64,000 bases of DNA from an uncultured Gemmatimonadales bacterium. Its GTDB lineage: Bacteria > Gemmatimonadota > Gemmatimonadetes > Longimicrobiales > RSA9. The stretch spans positions 576,001 to 640,000 of the forward strand of contig CAWCUS010000002.1 of assembly GCA_963798845.1 (NCBI GenBank), written 5' to 3'. The notes beneath the pieces were generated by a model. That model did not search any database, was not told the origin of the DNA, and saw only the letters and a program-made list of their open reading frames with translations. Position 1 is the first letter of the stretch, and the number at the start of each line of letters is the position of its first letter. Position numbers and translations under genes: made by a program. Positions 19,387 through 29,268 of this stretch are shown in pieces.

Positions 19387-22119
19387 ATGAAGCGCCGGGA
19401 GTTCGTCCGTGCCATGGCCGTCGCCGGGGCCTACCCGCTGGTCGGGAGCGCGACCGTCACCGGCCCGTGGGCGTCGCCCCAGGCATCGCCCTCGCCCCGC
19501 GGAGGCTCGGCGCGTCTGGACACGGGCTGGCGGTTCACGCGTGGGGACCCGGAAGGGGCAGCGTCGCCCGCGCTCGATGATGGGACCTGGGAGCCCGTGG
19601 TGCTGCCGCACACGGCGAGGATCGAGGCGCTCGTCACCGGCGAGCCGGGGTCGCCGACCGCGCAGTGGCAGGGCATCTGCTGGTACCGCCGCCCGCTCCG
19701 CATCCCCGTTGAGGCGGCCGGGAAGAAGGTGTACCTGGAGTTCGAGGCGGCCATGAACGTGGCCGAGGCGTTCCTGGACGGAGAGCGGATCGGCGGTCAC
19801 GCGGGCGGCTTCCTTCCCTTCGTGCTGGACCTCACCGGCCTGGTGCAGCCCGGGCGGACGTCCCTGCTGGCGGTGCGCCTGGACAATGCCGACAACCCGA
19901 TCACGGGCCCCAAGCCGCTGCCGCTCCTCGACTTCAACACCTACGGCGGGCTGTACCGGTACGTCCGGCTGGTGGTGAAGGACCGGCTCCACATCACCGA
20001 CCCGATCCTGGCCGACGAGCCCGCCAGCGGCGGCGTGTTCGTCCGCTACCCTGAGGCGAGCCACGAGCGCGCCGTCGTCCGGGTCCAGACCCACGTCGCC
20101 AACGAATACGACGATCCCCGCACCTTCCGCGTTCGCACGACCCTCGTCGACGACGGGGACCAGGAAGCCGCCCGCGCGGTTTCGGGGCCGGTGACGCTGG
20201 CGAGCGGCGAGGCCAGGGCGGTGGTCCTGGAGATCACGGTGGACGCGCCGCGGCTCTGGAGCCCGGCCGAACCGAGCCTGTACACGCTCCGTTCGGACGT
20301 CCTGGCCGCGGGTCCCGGGCCGGGTGTCGTCGACGCCGAAGAGACGCGCATCGGCCTTCGTCGGATCGAGGTCTCGGTGGATGGCGGCTTCCGGATCAAC
20401 GGCGAGCGCATGTTCCTCCGGGGGACGAACCGGCACCAGGAGTACCCGTACGTGGGCTATGCCCTGCCCGCGGCGGCGCAGCGCCGGGACGCGCGCCGGA
20501 TCAAGGACGCGGGCTTCGACTACATCCGGCTGTCCCACTACCCCCAGGCGCCCGCCTTCATGGACGCGTGCGACGAGCTGGGGCTGGTGGTGATGGACTG
20601 CCTCCCGGGGTGGCAGTACTTCGGCAAGGACCCGGCCTTTGCGGAGCTCCAGTACCGGCGCACCCGGGAGCTGCTCCGTCGCGACCGCAACCACCCCTGC
20701 GTTGTGCTGTGGGAGGTGTCGCTGAACGAGACGGCCATGCCGCCGGAGTTCATCTCGAAGACCCAGGCCATCGCCCACGAGGAGTACCCGGGCGACCAGA
20801 TGGTGACCTGCGGCTGGGTGCGCGGCTACGACGTCCTCATCCGCGCCCGCCAGCACGGCGGCTGCGCCGGAATCGAGGACGTGCCGTGCCTCGTCAGCGA
20901 GTACGGGGACTGGGAGTACTACGCCATGACGGCTGGCTTCGACCAGCAGGACTACGCGGCGCTGTCTTCCGACGCGAGCAACAGCCGCCAGCTCCGGTGG
21001 CAGGGGGAGGCGGCCATGCTCCAGCAGGCGACGAACTTCCAGGAAGCCCACGACGACAACCTCGCCTCGCCGGCGTTCGCCGACGGGCTGTGGGTCATGT
21101 TCGACTACAACCGCGGCTACGCGCCGGACATCGAGTCGTCCGGGTGCATGGACCTGTTCCGGCTGCCCAAGTATTCCTACTGGTTCTTCCGCAGCCAGCG
21201 CTCGCCGCACGAGCGGCTCGCCCGGGCGGCCTCGGGGCCGATGGTGTTCATCGCCAGCGAGTGGACGCCTGCTTCCTCGACGGTTGTGCGCGTGTTCAGC
21301 AACTGCGAGCAGGTGGAGCTGCGGCTGAACGGCGTGCGGGTCGGCCGGCAGGGGCCGGACCGGGATCGCAAGAGCCGGCACCTGGCGCACCCGCCCTTCA
21401 CTTTCCACGCGCGGGACTTCGTGCCCGGGACGCTGGAGGCGGTGGGCTACATGGACGGCCGGCCGGCGGCGAGCCACACGTTGCGGACGCCCGGCCCGGT
21501 CGAGCGGCTCGGGGTCTCGTTCGACCTGACCCCGCCGGACACCACCGGAAAGGACCTGCTCTTCTGCCGTGCCCGGCTGGAGGATGCGGCCGGCACCGTG
21601 GTCCCGGACGCGTGGGAGAACGTGGCCTTCGGCGCCACGGGCGACGGGCGGCTGGTGGGCACCGACCCGTTCTCGAGCGACGCCGGCATCGCCAGCATCC
21701 TCCTGGAGACGCCCCCGGAGATGGAGTCCGCCGCAGTCTACGCCCTCTCCATCATTCGCGGGCCGGAGGGAGCGGCGCGGGTGCTGGCCGGAGCTGCGGC
21801 GCTGCCGATGCAGGCGTTGGGCTCGGCGGCCGGACCGGCGCGGTCGCCGTCCGCGGCCGGCTCACCCGAGGGCCCCGGATCCGGGGAGCCGGCGCCGCCG
21901 TACGACGTGCGCTTCACGACGGACGGTAGCGAGCCGGGGCCTGCATCGCCGCGCTACGCCGCCCCGATCGCGGCGGAGGGGCCGGTGCGTGCCGCGTTGC
22001 TCGTGGAAGGGCGCGTGGTGGCCTCGCTGGACGAAAGGACGGAGAGGTTCCGGATCCGGGGCAGCAGCGCGCCACCCCGACGCACGCCGTTCCGACACAC
22101 GAACCCGGGGCCGGAGTGA
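19387..22119 (+). CDS. GH2 beta-glycosidase (beta-galactosidase-like), Tat-exported
   Basis: MKRREFV Tat signal; GTNRHQEYPYVG, IRLSHYPQ, RDRNHPCVVLWE..LNE, VSEYG. Confidence 0.92.
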   Translation: MKRREFVRAMAVAGAYPLVGSATVTGPWASPQASPSPRGGSARLDTGWRFTRGDPEGAASPALDDGTWEPVVLPHTARIEALVTGEPGSPTAQWQGICWYRRPLRIPVEAAGKKVYLEFEAAMNVAEAFLDGERIGGHAGGFLPFVLDLTGLVQPGRTSLLAVRLDNADNPITGPKPLPLLDFNTYGGLYRYVRLVVKDRLHITDPILADEPASGGVFVRYPEASHERAVVRVQTHVANEYDDPRTFRVRTTLVDDGDQEAARAVSGPVTLASGEARAVVLEITVDAPRLWSPAEPSLYTLRSDVLAAGPGPGVVDAEETRIGLRRIEVSVDGGFRINGERMFLRGTNRHQEYPYVGYALPAAAQRRDARRIKDAGFDYIRLSHYPQAPAFMDACDELGLVVMDCLPGWQYFGKDPAFAELQYRRTRELLRRDRNHPCVVLWEVSLNETAMPPEFISKTQAIAHEEYPGDQMVTCGWVRGYDVLIRARQHGGCAGIEDVPCLVSEYGDWEYYAMTAGFDQQDYAALSSDASNSRQLRWQGEAAMLQQATNFQEAHDDNLASPAFADGLWVMFDYNRGYAPDIESSGCMDLFRLPKYSYWFFRSQRSPHERLARAASGPMVFIASEWTPASSTVVRVFSNCEQVELRLNGVRVGRQGPDRDRKSRHLAHPPFTFHARDFVPGTLEAVGYMDGRPAASHTLRTPGPVERLGVSFDLTPPDTTGKDLLFCRARLEDAAGTVVPDAWENVAFGATGDGRLVGTDPFSSDAGIASILLETPPEMESAAVYALSIIRGPEGAARVLAGAAALPMQALGSAAGPARSPSAAGSPEGPGSGEPAPPYDVRFTTDGSEPGPASPRYAAPIAAEGPVRAALLVEGRVVASLDERTERFRIRGSSAPPRRTPFRHTNPGPE

Positions 22120-22274
22120 TCGCCGTGGGGAACCCGCGTCTGCGCTTCGGCCGCATGTCCAACTGGACTGCCCGGCGCCGCGGCTCGGATCGACCTCACG
22201 TTTTCCGTGACCGGTTGTCCCGGGACCGGCTCGCAGCCAGGTCGCTGAAATGCGTGTCGAATCCACGAATCTTG

Positions 22275-22315
22275 TTGACAGAATGGTCGCCACAGATTAT
22301 CGAAATATATCTTTC
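22275..22315 (+). promoter_or_regulatory. Candidate susCD promoter with operator-like palindrome
   Basis: Perfect TTGACA at 22275-22280 in an AT-rich patch; near-palindrome GAAATATATCTTTC at 22302-22315; -10 element unclear. Confidence 0.45.
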
Positions 22316-22532
22316 CCTCCTGGAAACCAGCCGTGACGCAGCACGTCAGGGTGTCGAGACACCAGTGCGACCAGCGGCAGGACCCGACTCTTCACGCCGG
22401 GGCCGTACCCGCGCATGGCTGGCCTGCGGGATACGCGGATTTCAAGGCTCGCAGGTTTGACACGGTTCTCCCCTCGCCCCGGGTCGCTGGCTGGCCAGGG
22501 CGGTTGTCGTACTCTCAGCTTGGAAGATGTCC

Positions 22533-25499
22533 ATGGGACGAACACGCTACAGCATCATCGGTGCGCTCCTGGCGGTGCTCGGTGCAGCACCGCTCCACGC
22601 GCAATCGGCTACAGGTGCGGTCGGCGGACGCATCGTAGACGAGTCCACGCAGCAGCCGCTTGCAGGCGTCCAGGTCAGCATCGCCAACCGCGGGTCGATC
22701 ACCCGGGACGATGGGGTCTACCTCATCACGAACGTGCCGGTCGGCACGTACAACCTCCGGACCACGATGATCGGCTATGCCGAGACAACGCAGTCCGTCA
22801 CGGTCGCCGCGGGCGAGACGGCTGTGGTGAACCTGGCGTTGTCGGTCCAGGTGATCGGCCTGAGCGAGATCGTTGCGACCGGCTACGGCCACCAGCGGGC
22901 CGGTGACATCACCGGTTCCGTGAAGCAGGTCAACTCGGCGCAGTTCAACACCGGTGCCGTTGTAAGCCCGCAGAAGCTGATCCAGAGCAAGATCGCGGGC
23001 GTGCAGGTGGTGGACAACAACGAGCCGGGTGGCGGGCTCAGCGTCCGGATTCGCGGCGCCACCTCCATCAATGCCAGCAGCGAGCCGCTCTACGTCATCG
23101 ACGGGCAGCCCCTCGGCACCGGCGCCGGCGGCGGAATCGCCACCTCGGGGCGGGACGCGCTGAACTTCCTCAACCCGGAGGACGTCGAGAGCATCACGGT
23201 CCTCAAGGACGCTTCAGCCGCGGCCATCTATGGGGCCAACGCCGCCAACGGCGTGGTCCTCATCACGACGAAGCGCGGGCAGGGCGGACCGCAGCTCCTG
23301 TACAACGGCTCCGTGTCCGCCTCCGCGGTCACCCGGCTGCCGGATGTGCTGAATGCGGAGCAATTCGCGGCGGCGGTGCAGGAGTACGCTCCGGCCCGCA
23401 CATCCTTGTTGCTGAACGCGAACACCGACTGGTTCAACGAGATCGCCCGAACCGGCTACGGGCAGGAGCACAACGTTGCCCTGTCGGGCTCGGGCGAGAC
23501 CAACGCCTACCGGCTGTCGATGGGGTACACGGAGCAGACAGGCGTGATCAGGTCTTCGTCGACGGACCGGTTGTCCCTGGGCGTGAATTACGATCAGCGT
23601 CTGTTCGACGACGCCTTCAAACTCACACTGAACGTCAAGGGTTCCCGCCAGCAGGACCAGCTGGTCCCCTCCGGCGTGATCGGGAACGCGGCCTCCATGG
23701 CGCCGACGCAGCCGGTGCTCGATCCCACGAGCGCGACCGGCTACTGGGATTGGAACACGACGAACGCCTCGCCGTCCAATCCGCTTGCTACCGCCGCCCT
23801 CGCCAAGAACAACGCGACGACCTATCGCAGCGTCGGCAACGTGCAGGCGGGCTACGCGTTTCCCTTCGTCACGGGCTTGAAGGCGAACCTGAATCTCGGC
23901 TATGACGTCGGCAAGATGAATCGGACCGACTTCGTGCCGAACAACCTGGCGGCCGAAATCCGTGAGCGGCACGGCCTGCTGAGCCTCACCAACAACACCG
24001 AGGCCAACTCGGTCCTGGAAGGTTATCTGACCTATGCGGCGCCGCTGTCCATCGTGCCGGGCGCCATCGACCTGACGGGCGGCTACTCCTACACGGGGCA
24101 GCACAGAGACAATACCTGGTACACGGGGACGGGTCTGACCAGCAACCTTCTGGGTGAGAACGGCATCACGTCGGCCGACAACGTTGCGAACGGCCAGAAC
24201 ATCACCGACTACAAGCTGATCTCCTTCTTCGGCCGGCTCAACTACAACGTCAGCGACCGCTACCTGTTGGCGGCGACGCTCCGTCACGACGGCTCCTCGC
24301 GCTTCGGCGCCGGCAACCAGTGGGGCACGTTCCCGTCGGTGTCCGTCGGCTGGCGGATCTCGAACGAGTCGTTCTTGCGGGACGTGGCGGGTCTTTCGGA
24401 CCTCAAGCTCCGCGCGTCGTGGGCGAAGACGGGCAACCAGGCGTTCGGCGACTACCTCCAGTATTCCACGTACACCTACAGCGACCCGCTGACGCAGTAC
24501 CAGTTCGGCGACGAGTTCGTCACGACGATCCGCCCGAGCGCGGTGGATCCCAACATCCACTGGGAGTCGACAGAGTCCTGGGACGTGGGCCTCGACTACG
24601 GGTTCATGAACCAGCGTTTCAGCGGCTCCATCGACTGGTACGTCAAGAACACCAATGACCTGATCTTCACCATTCCGGTGGCGGCAGGCACCAACCTTTC
24701 AAATTACGTCACCACGAACATCGGCAGCATGAAGAACCAGGGCGTCGAAGTCAGCCTGGATGCCAAGCTCCTGGATGGCGGCGATGCTGGCCTGAGCTGG
24801 ACGGCCGATTTCACGGCGTCCCACAACACGAACGAACTGACCAGCATCAATCCGACCCAGAGCGTGTCCCAGATCCTGACCGGCGGCATCTCCGGCGGCG
24901 TGGGCAACAACGTCGAGGTGTTCGAGCCGGGCTCGCCGATCAGGTCGTTCTTCGTGTACGAGCAGTTGTACGACGACAACGGCAACCCGATCGAGGGGAG
25001 CTACGCCGACCTGAACAACGACGGCCTCATCAACGACTCCGACCGCCGGCCGTTCCACGATCCGTCGCCGAAGTGGATGCTGGGCCACTCGTCGTACTTC
25101 AACTACCACAAGGTCGACGTGAGCTTCACGCTGCGGGCGTACCTGGGCAGCTACGTGTACAACAACGTGGCGTCCTCCCTGGGCGCCTACCAGAACCTCA
25201 CGGGCGCAGGCATGCCGGCCAACCTGGACGCTTCCGTCCTGGAGACGGGCTTCGTGGTGCCGCAGTATTACTCCGACTATTACGTCCAGGACGCGTCGTT
25301 CCTGCGCATGGACAACATCTCGCTCGGCTACGGCTTCTCATACCGTGGCCAGCCGTTGCGCATCTTCGGAACCGTGCAGAACGCATTCACCATCACCGGT
25401 TACAACGGCGTGGATCCGACGGCCGGGCTCAACGGCATCGACAACAACATCTATCCGCGCTCCCGCACGTTCACCGCTGGCCTGAACGTCCGGTTCTAA
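22533..25499 (+). CDS. susC: SusC/RagA family TonB-dependent outer membrane transporter
   Basis: Carboxypeptidase-regulatory-like N-domain, PLYVIDG, LNPEDVESITVLKDASAAAIYG..AANGVVLITTKRG, SFFGRLNY, DASFLRMDNI, YPRSRTF, terminal F. Confidence 0.97.
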   Translation: MGRTRYSIIGALLAVLGAAPLHAQSATGAVGGRIVDESTQQPLAGVQVSIANRGSITRDDGVYLITNVPVGTYNLRTTMIGYAETTQSVTVAAGETAVVNLALSVQVIGLSEIVATGYGHQRAGDITGSVKQVNSAQFNTGAVVSPQKLIQSKIAGVQVVDNNEPGGGLSVRIRGATSINASSEPLYVIDGQPLGTGAGGGIATSGRDALNFLNPEDVESITVLKDASAAAIYGANAANGVVLITTKRGQGGPQLLYNGSVSASAVTRLPDVLNAEQFAAAVQEYAPARTSLLLNANTDWFNEIARTGYGQEHNVALSGSGETNAYRLSMGYTEQTGVIRSSSTDRLSLGVNYDQRLFDDAFKLTLNVKGSRQQDQLVPSGVIGNAASMAPTQPVLDPTSATGYWDWNTTNASPSNPLATAALAKNNATTYRSVGNVQAGYAFPFVTGLKANLNLGYDVGKMNRTDFVPNNLAAEIRERHGLLSLTNNTEANSVLEGYLTYAAPLSIVPGAIDLTGGYSYTGQHRDNTWYTGTGLTSNLLGENGITSADNVANGQNITDYKLISFFGRLNYNVSDRYLLAATLRHDGSSRFGAGNQWGTFPSVSVGWRISNESFLRDVAGLSDLKLRASWAKTGNQAFGDYLQYSTYTYSDPLTQYQFGDEFVTTIRPSAVDPNIHWESTESWDVGLDYGFMNQRFSGSIDWYVKNTNDLIFTIPVAAGTNLSNYVTTNIGSMKNQGVEVSLDAKLLDGGDAGLSWTADFTASHNTNELTSINPTQSVSQILTGGISGGVGNNVEVFEPGSPIRSFFVYEQLYDDNGNPIEGSYADLNNDGLINDSDRRPFHDPSPKWMLGHSSYFNYHKVDVSFTLRAYLGSYVYNNVASSLGAYQNLTGAGMPANLDASVLETGFVVPQYYSDYYVQDASFLRMDNISLGYGFSYRGQPLRIFGTVQNAFTITGYNGVDPTAGLNGIDNNIYPRSRTFTAGLNVRF

Positions 25500-25514
25500 C
25501 GAAGGGGACGGAAC

Positions 25515-27083
25515 ATGACCATCAGAAGATTGAAGATCGGGGTTGCGGCCGTCCTCCTGGCTGCCGGCATGGCCGGCTGCACGGACCCGACGGTGCTGCC
25601 CAAGAGCACGGTCACGACGGCGAACATCTTCACGGACCCGGGCTCGTACCGCGCATTCCTTGCGAGGATCTACGCCGGGCTCATCGTGACCGGGCAGCGC
25701 GGGCCGGCTGGGAACGCGGACATCCAGGGCATTGACGAGGGATTCAGCGAGTACCTGCGGCTGTACTGGTACCTGCAGGAGGTGCCGACCGACGAGGCAG
25801 TGATCGGCTGGAACGACCCCGGCCTTCCGACGTTGAACACGGACAGCTGGGGTGCGAGCAACAACATGGTCAACGCCATGTACTACCGCATCTACTTCCA
25901 GGTCATGCTGGCCAACGAGTTCCTGCGTCAGACGGTCGACGACTCCCTCGCGGCGAGGGGGCAGAGCGATCTCATGGATCAGGTGCACCAGTACCGTGCC
26001 GAGGCGCGGTTCCTGAGAGCGCTCAGCTACTGGCACGGGATCGACCTCTTCGGGAACATCCCGCTGGTGACGGAGGACGACCCCCTGGGCACGACACCGC
26101 CGAAGCAGGCGACGCGGGCCGACCTCTTCAACTACGTCGTCGGCGAGCTCGAGGACATCAAGAGCCAGCTGCCCGCGCCGGCGCCGACCAGCTATGGCCG
26201 GGCAACTCAGCAGGCGGCGAACATGCTGCTGGCGGAGCTGTACCTGAACGCGGGCGTCTACACGGGGACGCCGGATTGGCCGAACGCCCTGGCGTATGCC
26301 GAGGCGGTCATCAACTCGGGCAACTACAGCCTGAACCCGGTGTTCCGCAACAACTTCACGGCGGACAACAACCTGTCGCCTGAGATCATCTTCGCGGCCC
26401 CGCAGGACGGCAGCCGCACACAGACGTGGGGCGGGATGACGTTCCTGGTCCACGCCGGCTGCGGTGGCAACATGTCGGCGGCCGACTACGGCATGGACTA
26501 CTGCTGGGGCGGGTACCGCCTGAAGCAGCAGGTCTACAACCTGTTCACCCCCGGGGATGCGCGCGGCGCGTTCTTCTGGACGGACGGTCAGACGGTCACC
26601 GTGGACCAGATCGGCGACTTCAAGTACGGCGTCGCTGCGCCGAAGTTCACCAACAAGAACTCGGACGGCACCAACGCCTCGCAGCTCACCATGATCAGCA
26701 CCGATTTCCCCATCTTCCGGTTGGGTGAAGCGTATCTGATCTACGCCGAGGCCGCGGTGCGGTCCGGCACGAACCTGGGCCAGGCGCTGACCTACGTGAA
26801 CGACTTGCGGGAACGGGCGTTCGGCGACGCCACCCATGACATCACGGCGGGTGATTTGACCTTACCGTTCATACTGAACGCGAGGGCCCGCGAGCTGCTG
26901 TTCGAAGCACGGCGTCGAACGGACCTGATCCGCTTCGGCCTGTTCTCGGGAAGCAGCTACCTGTGGGCATGGAAGGGCGGCGCCGCGAACGGGCAGGCGA
27001 TTCCCGAGACCATGGATCTCTATCCGCTACCTGCGAACGAGATCATCGCAAACCCGAACCTCACGCAGAATCCGGGTTACTGA
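25515..27083 (+). CDS. susD: SusD/RagB glycan-binding lipoprotein (starch-SusD-like)
   Basis: Lipobox MAGC; AEARFLRALSYW..IDLFGNIP, FRLGEAYLIYAEA, RARELLFE..RRTDLIRF, NPNLTQNPGY. Confidence 0.97.
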   Translation: MTIRRLKIGVAAVLLAAGMAGCTDPTVLPKSTVTTANIFTDPGSYRAFLARIYAGLIVTGQRGPAGNADIQGIDEGFSEYLRLYWYLQEVPTDEAVIGWNDPGLPTLNTDSWGASNNMVNAMYYRIYFQVMLANEFLRQTVDDSLAARGQSDLMDQVHQYRAEARFLRALSYWHGIDLFGNIPLVTEDDPLGTTPPKQATRADLFNYVVGELEDIKSQLPAPAPTSYGRATQQAANMLLAELYLNAGVYTGTPDWPNALAYAEAVINSGNYSLNPVFRNNFTADNNLSPEIIFAAPQDGSRTQTWGGMTFLVHAGCGGNMSAADYGMDYCWGGYRLKQQVYNLFTPGDARGAFFWTDGQTVTVDQIGDFKYGVAAPKFTNKNSDGTNASQLTMISTDFPIFRLGEAYLIYAEAAVRSGTNLGQALTYVNDLRERAFGDATHDITAGDLTLPFILNARARELLFEARRRTDLIRFGLFSGSSYLWAWKGGAANGQAIPETMDLYPLPANEIIANPNLTQNPGY

Positions 27084-27107
27084 TCCCGGACGCAGCATCT
27101 GCATTCC

Positions 27108-27150
27108 CTGCAGCCCCGCCGCCTTCCGGGTGGCGGGGCTGCAGCATTTT
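27108..27150 (+). terminator. Intrinsic terminator after susD (possibly bidirectional)
   Basis: 13-bp stem ctgcagccccgcc/ggcggggctgcag followed by catttt. Confidence 0.75.
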
Positions 27151-27159
27151 CCACTACCG

Positions 27160-29184
27160 CTACTGCCGCACCGTCGCCCGGCTGCCCACCAGGTTGGTGG
27201 CGATGGTGAAGTCCACAGTGTCGCCGGGCTCCAGCAGCAGTGGGCCGGAGCGCACCTGGTAGCCATCGCCCGTGGTCCCGGCCAGGAATTCGATCTGGCC
27301 GCCGCTGGCCATCAGCGACTCACGCAACATGAAGCGTCTGCCGAGGCCGGGGCTCGCGGTCCCCAGTCGGCTGGTCGTGCTGCCGTTTGCGGCGTAGACC
27401 TCCATGGGCATCGCGTAGTTGTTCGTGACGTAGACGGTGACGGGGGCCGGCCGCGTTCCCTGTCGCCGCTGGCTCAGGAGCACCAGCCCTTGATCCGTCG
27501 TGAGGGCGAGCGTGTCCGCGTGCACCGTGCCGGTCGCACCCGTGTAGCCGTCTTCGAGCTCGGCGCCGTCTGGGAAGGTGCCGAAGACAGGAATGCGCTT
27601 TGCCCCCGTCGGCTGGTCCAGCGCCACCAGCACGCGGTCGGTGGTCAGGTCCAGCTGGAGCGTGCGGCTGAAGATGTACGGCTCCGCCTGTAGCTCGCGG
27701 TGCATGCCCGAGCCGACTGCCGGATGCGCCCGCCGGAACCGCCCCAGCTTCTGCCAGTGCCGCAGGATCTCCGCCGTGCGGCCTCCCCGTGCCAGGTCGT
27801 CCCAGTTCATGAGGCCGCGCAGGTTCGCATCGCCCTGCGCGCCGGCCACGTGGAGCGGACGCGCGAGCTCATCGCCGTAGTAGATCTGTGCGCCGCCCGG
27901 GGCCAGCAGCAGGCGGGTGCCCGCCTCGAACGGGTGGCTGCGGTCCGGGTCGTACGGCGAACCGTCGTCGTGCGAGCTGAGGTAGTTCAGAATGGCCTCG
28001 CCGCCCAGCGGGCCGGACAGCGACGCGGAGTACCGGGCGTAGAGGCTGTCCAGGGAGCCGTGCTCGGCCTTGAACCCGAAGTTGATGAGACCGTCGTATC
28101 CGTAGTCGAAGAAGTCGACAGTGCGGTCGCCGTAGTCGAACGACCGACCCTGCGCCGGGCTCCAGCCATAGACCTCGCCCAGCATGAAGAAGGGCAGGTC
28201 GTCCAGGACCTTGTCGGGGTGCGCAAGCTTCCAGTCCGTGAAGGCGCGGTCCGCTTCATGTTTCAGCTCGGCGCTGACCGCCGCCTCGATATGCTTGGCC
28301 GTGTCCACCCGATAGCCGTCGAAGCCCAGCTCCCGGACCCAGTCGGTGAGCCACTTGATGACGTAGAAGCGGGGCGCGCGAGGGTAGCCGGTGCGCTGGA
28401 AGAAGGAGTCCAGGGAAGCCGTCTCGCGATCAAGGCGGCCTTCACCACGCCATTTGTCGACGAGCCAGCCCGGGAGGTCGACGGGCGTGTCCCGATCGGT
28501 ACGGATGTCGGGCAGGTTGGCCACCAGCGTGCAGTCCACGGTGGTGGCGAAGTCCTGGTACGTGCAGCGCGGACCGGTTCGGACCCAGCTGTCGGGCCAC
28601 CGGGGATCCTCCGGCGTCACGGGACCGGTGTGATTGACCACGGCGTCCATGAGCACACGGATGCCGTGGCGGTGTGCCGCGTCGACGACTGCACGCAGGT
28701 CGGCCTTCGTGCCCAGGGCGGGGTCCACTTCCGTCCAGTCGCGGGTCCAGTAGCCGTGATAGCCGTAGGTCTTCCCGGCGCCCTCGTCCACGGCGCCCCG
28801 GATCTGCTCTTCGAAGGGTGTCATCCACAGGACGTCTACGCCCAGACTGTCGAAATAGCCGTCCTCGATCCTGCGCAGCACGCCCGCCAGGTCGCCGCCC
28901 TCGAAGCTTCGCAGCTTCGCGCCGTCGTTCGCCCGGCCGAGGGCGCGGTCGTTGGTCGAGTCGCCGTCCAGGAAGCGGTCGGTCAGGAGGAAGTAGACCG
29001 TGGCGTCGTTCCAGAACACCGACGGGTCGCCCAGATCGGCCGCCCACGCAGGCAGGGCCTCCGGTGTCGATCCCGGAGGGTTGCCGCTGCAGGCAGCCAG
29101 GAACGCCGCGCCCAGTCCGAAGGTCAGAGCGCCGAGCGCGTTGGCCATCACCCGGCGGAGCAGATCCTCGCGAGGATGTCTCAT
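27160..29184 (-). CDS. GH13 alpha-amylase lipoprotein with extra C-terminal beta-domain
   Basis: Lipobox FLAAC; YFLLTDRF, GGDLAG, YHGYWTRDW, DAVVNH, DGYRVDTAKH, GEVYG, SSHDD, QIYYGDE. Confidence 0.93.
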   Translation of the reverse strand: MRHPREDLLRRVMANALGALTFGLGAAFLAACSGNPPGSTPEALPAWAADLGDPSVFWNDATVYFLLTDRFLDGDSTNDRALGRANDGAKLRSFEGGDLAGVLRRIEDGYFDSLGVDVLWMTPFEEQIRGAVDEGAGKTYGYHGYWTRDWTEVDPALGTKADLRAVVDAAHRHGIRVLMDAVVNHTGPVTPEDPRWPDSWVRTGPRCTYQDFATTVDCTLVANLPDIRTDRDTPVDLPGWLVDKWRGEGRLDRETASLDSFFQRTGYPRAPRFYVIKWLTDWVRELGFDGYRVDTAKHIEAAVSAELKHEADRAFTDWKLAHPDKVLDDLPFFMLGEVYGWSPAQGRSFDYGDRTVDFFDYGYDGLINFGFKAEHGSLDSLYARYSASLSGPLGGEAILNYLSSHDDGSPYDPDRSHPFEAGTRLLLAPGGAQIYYGDELARPLHVAGAQGDANLRGLMNWDDLARGGRTAEILRHWQKLGRFRRAHPAVGSGMHRELQAEPYIFSRTLQLDLTTDRVLVALDQPTGAKRIPVFGTFPDGAELEDGYTGATGTVHADTLALTTDQGLVLLSQRRQGTRPAPVTVYVTNNYAMPMEVYAANGSTTSRLGTASPGLGRRFMLRESLMASGGQIEFLAGTTGDGYQVRSGPLLLEPGDTVDFTIATNLVGSRATVRQ

Positions 29185-29268
29185 GTTCTCGCTCTCAGAG
29201 ACGCGGAGCCGCGCGCCTGTAGTATACCGATTTCGCCGACCGACCCCCCGGCCTTCGAAGATCGGCGG

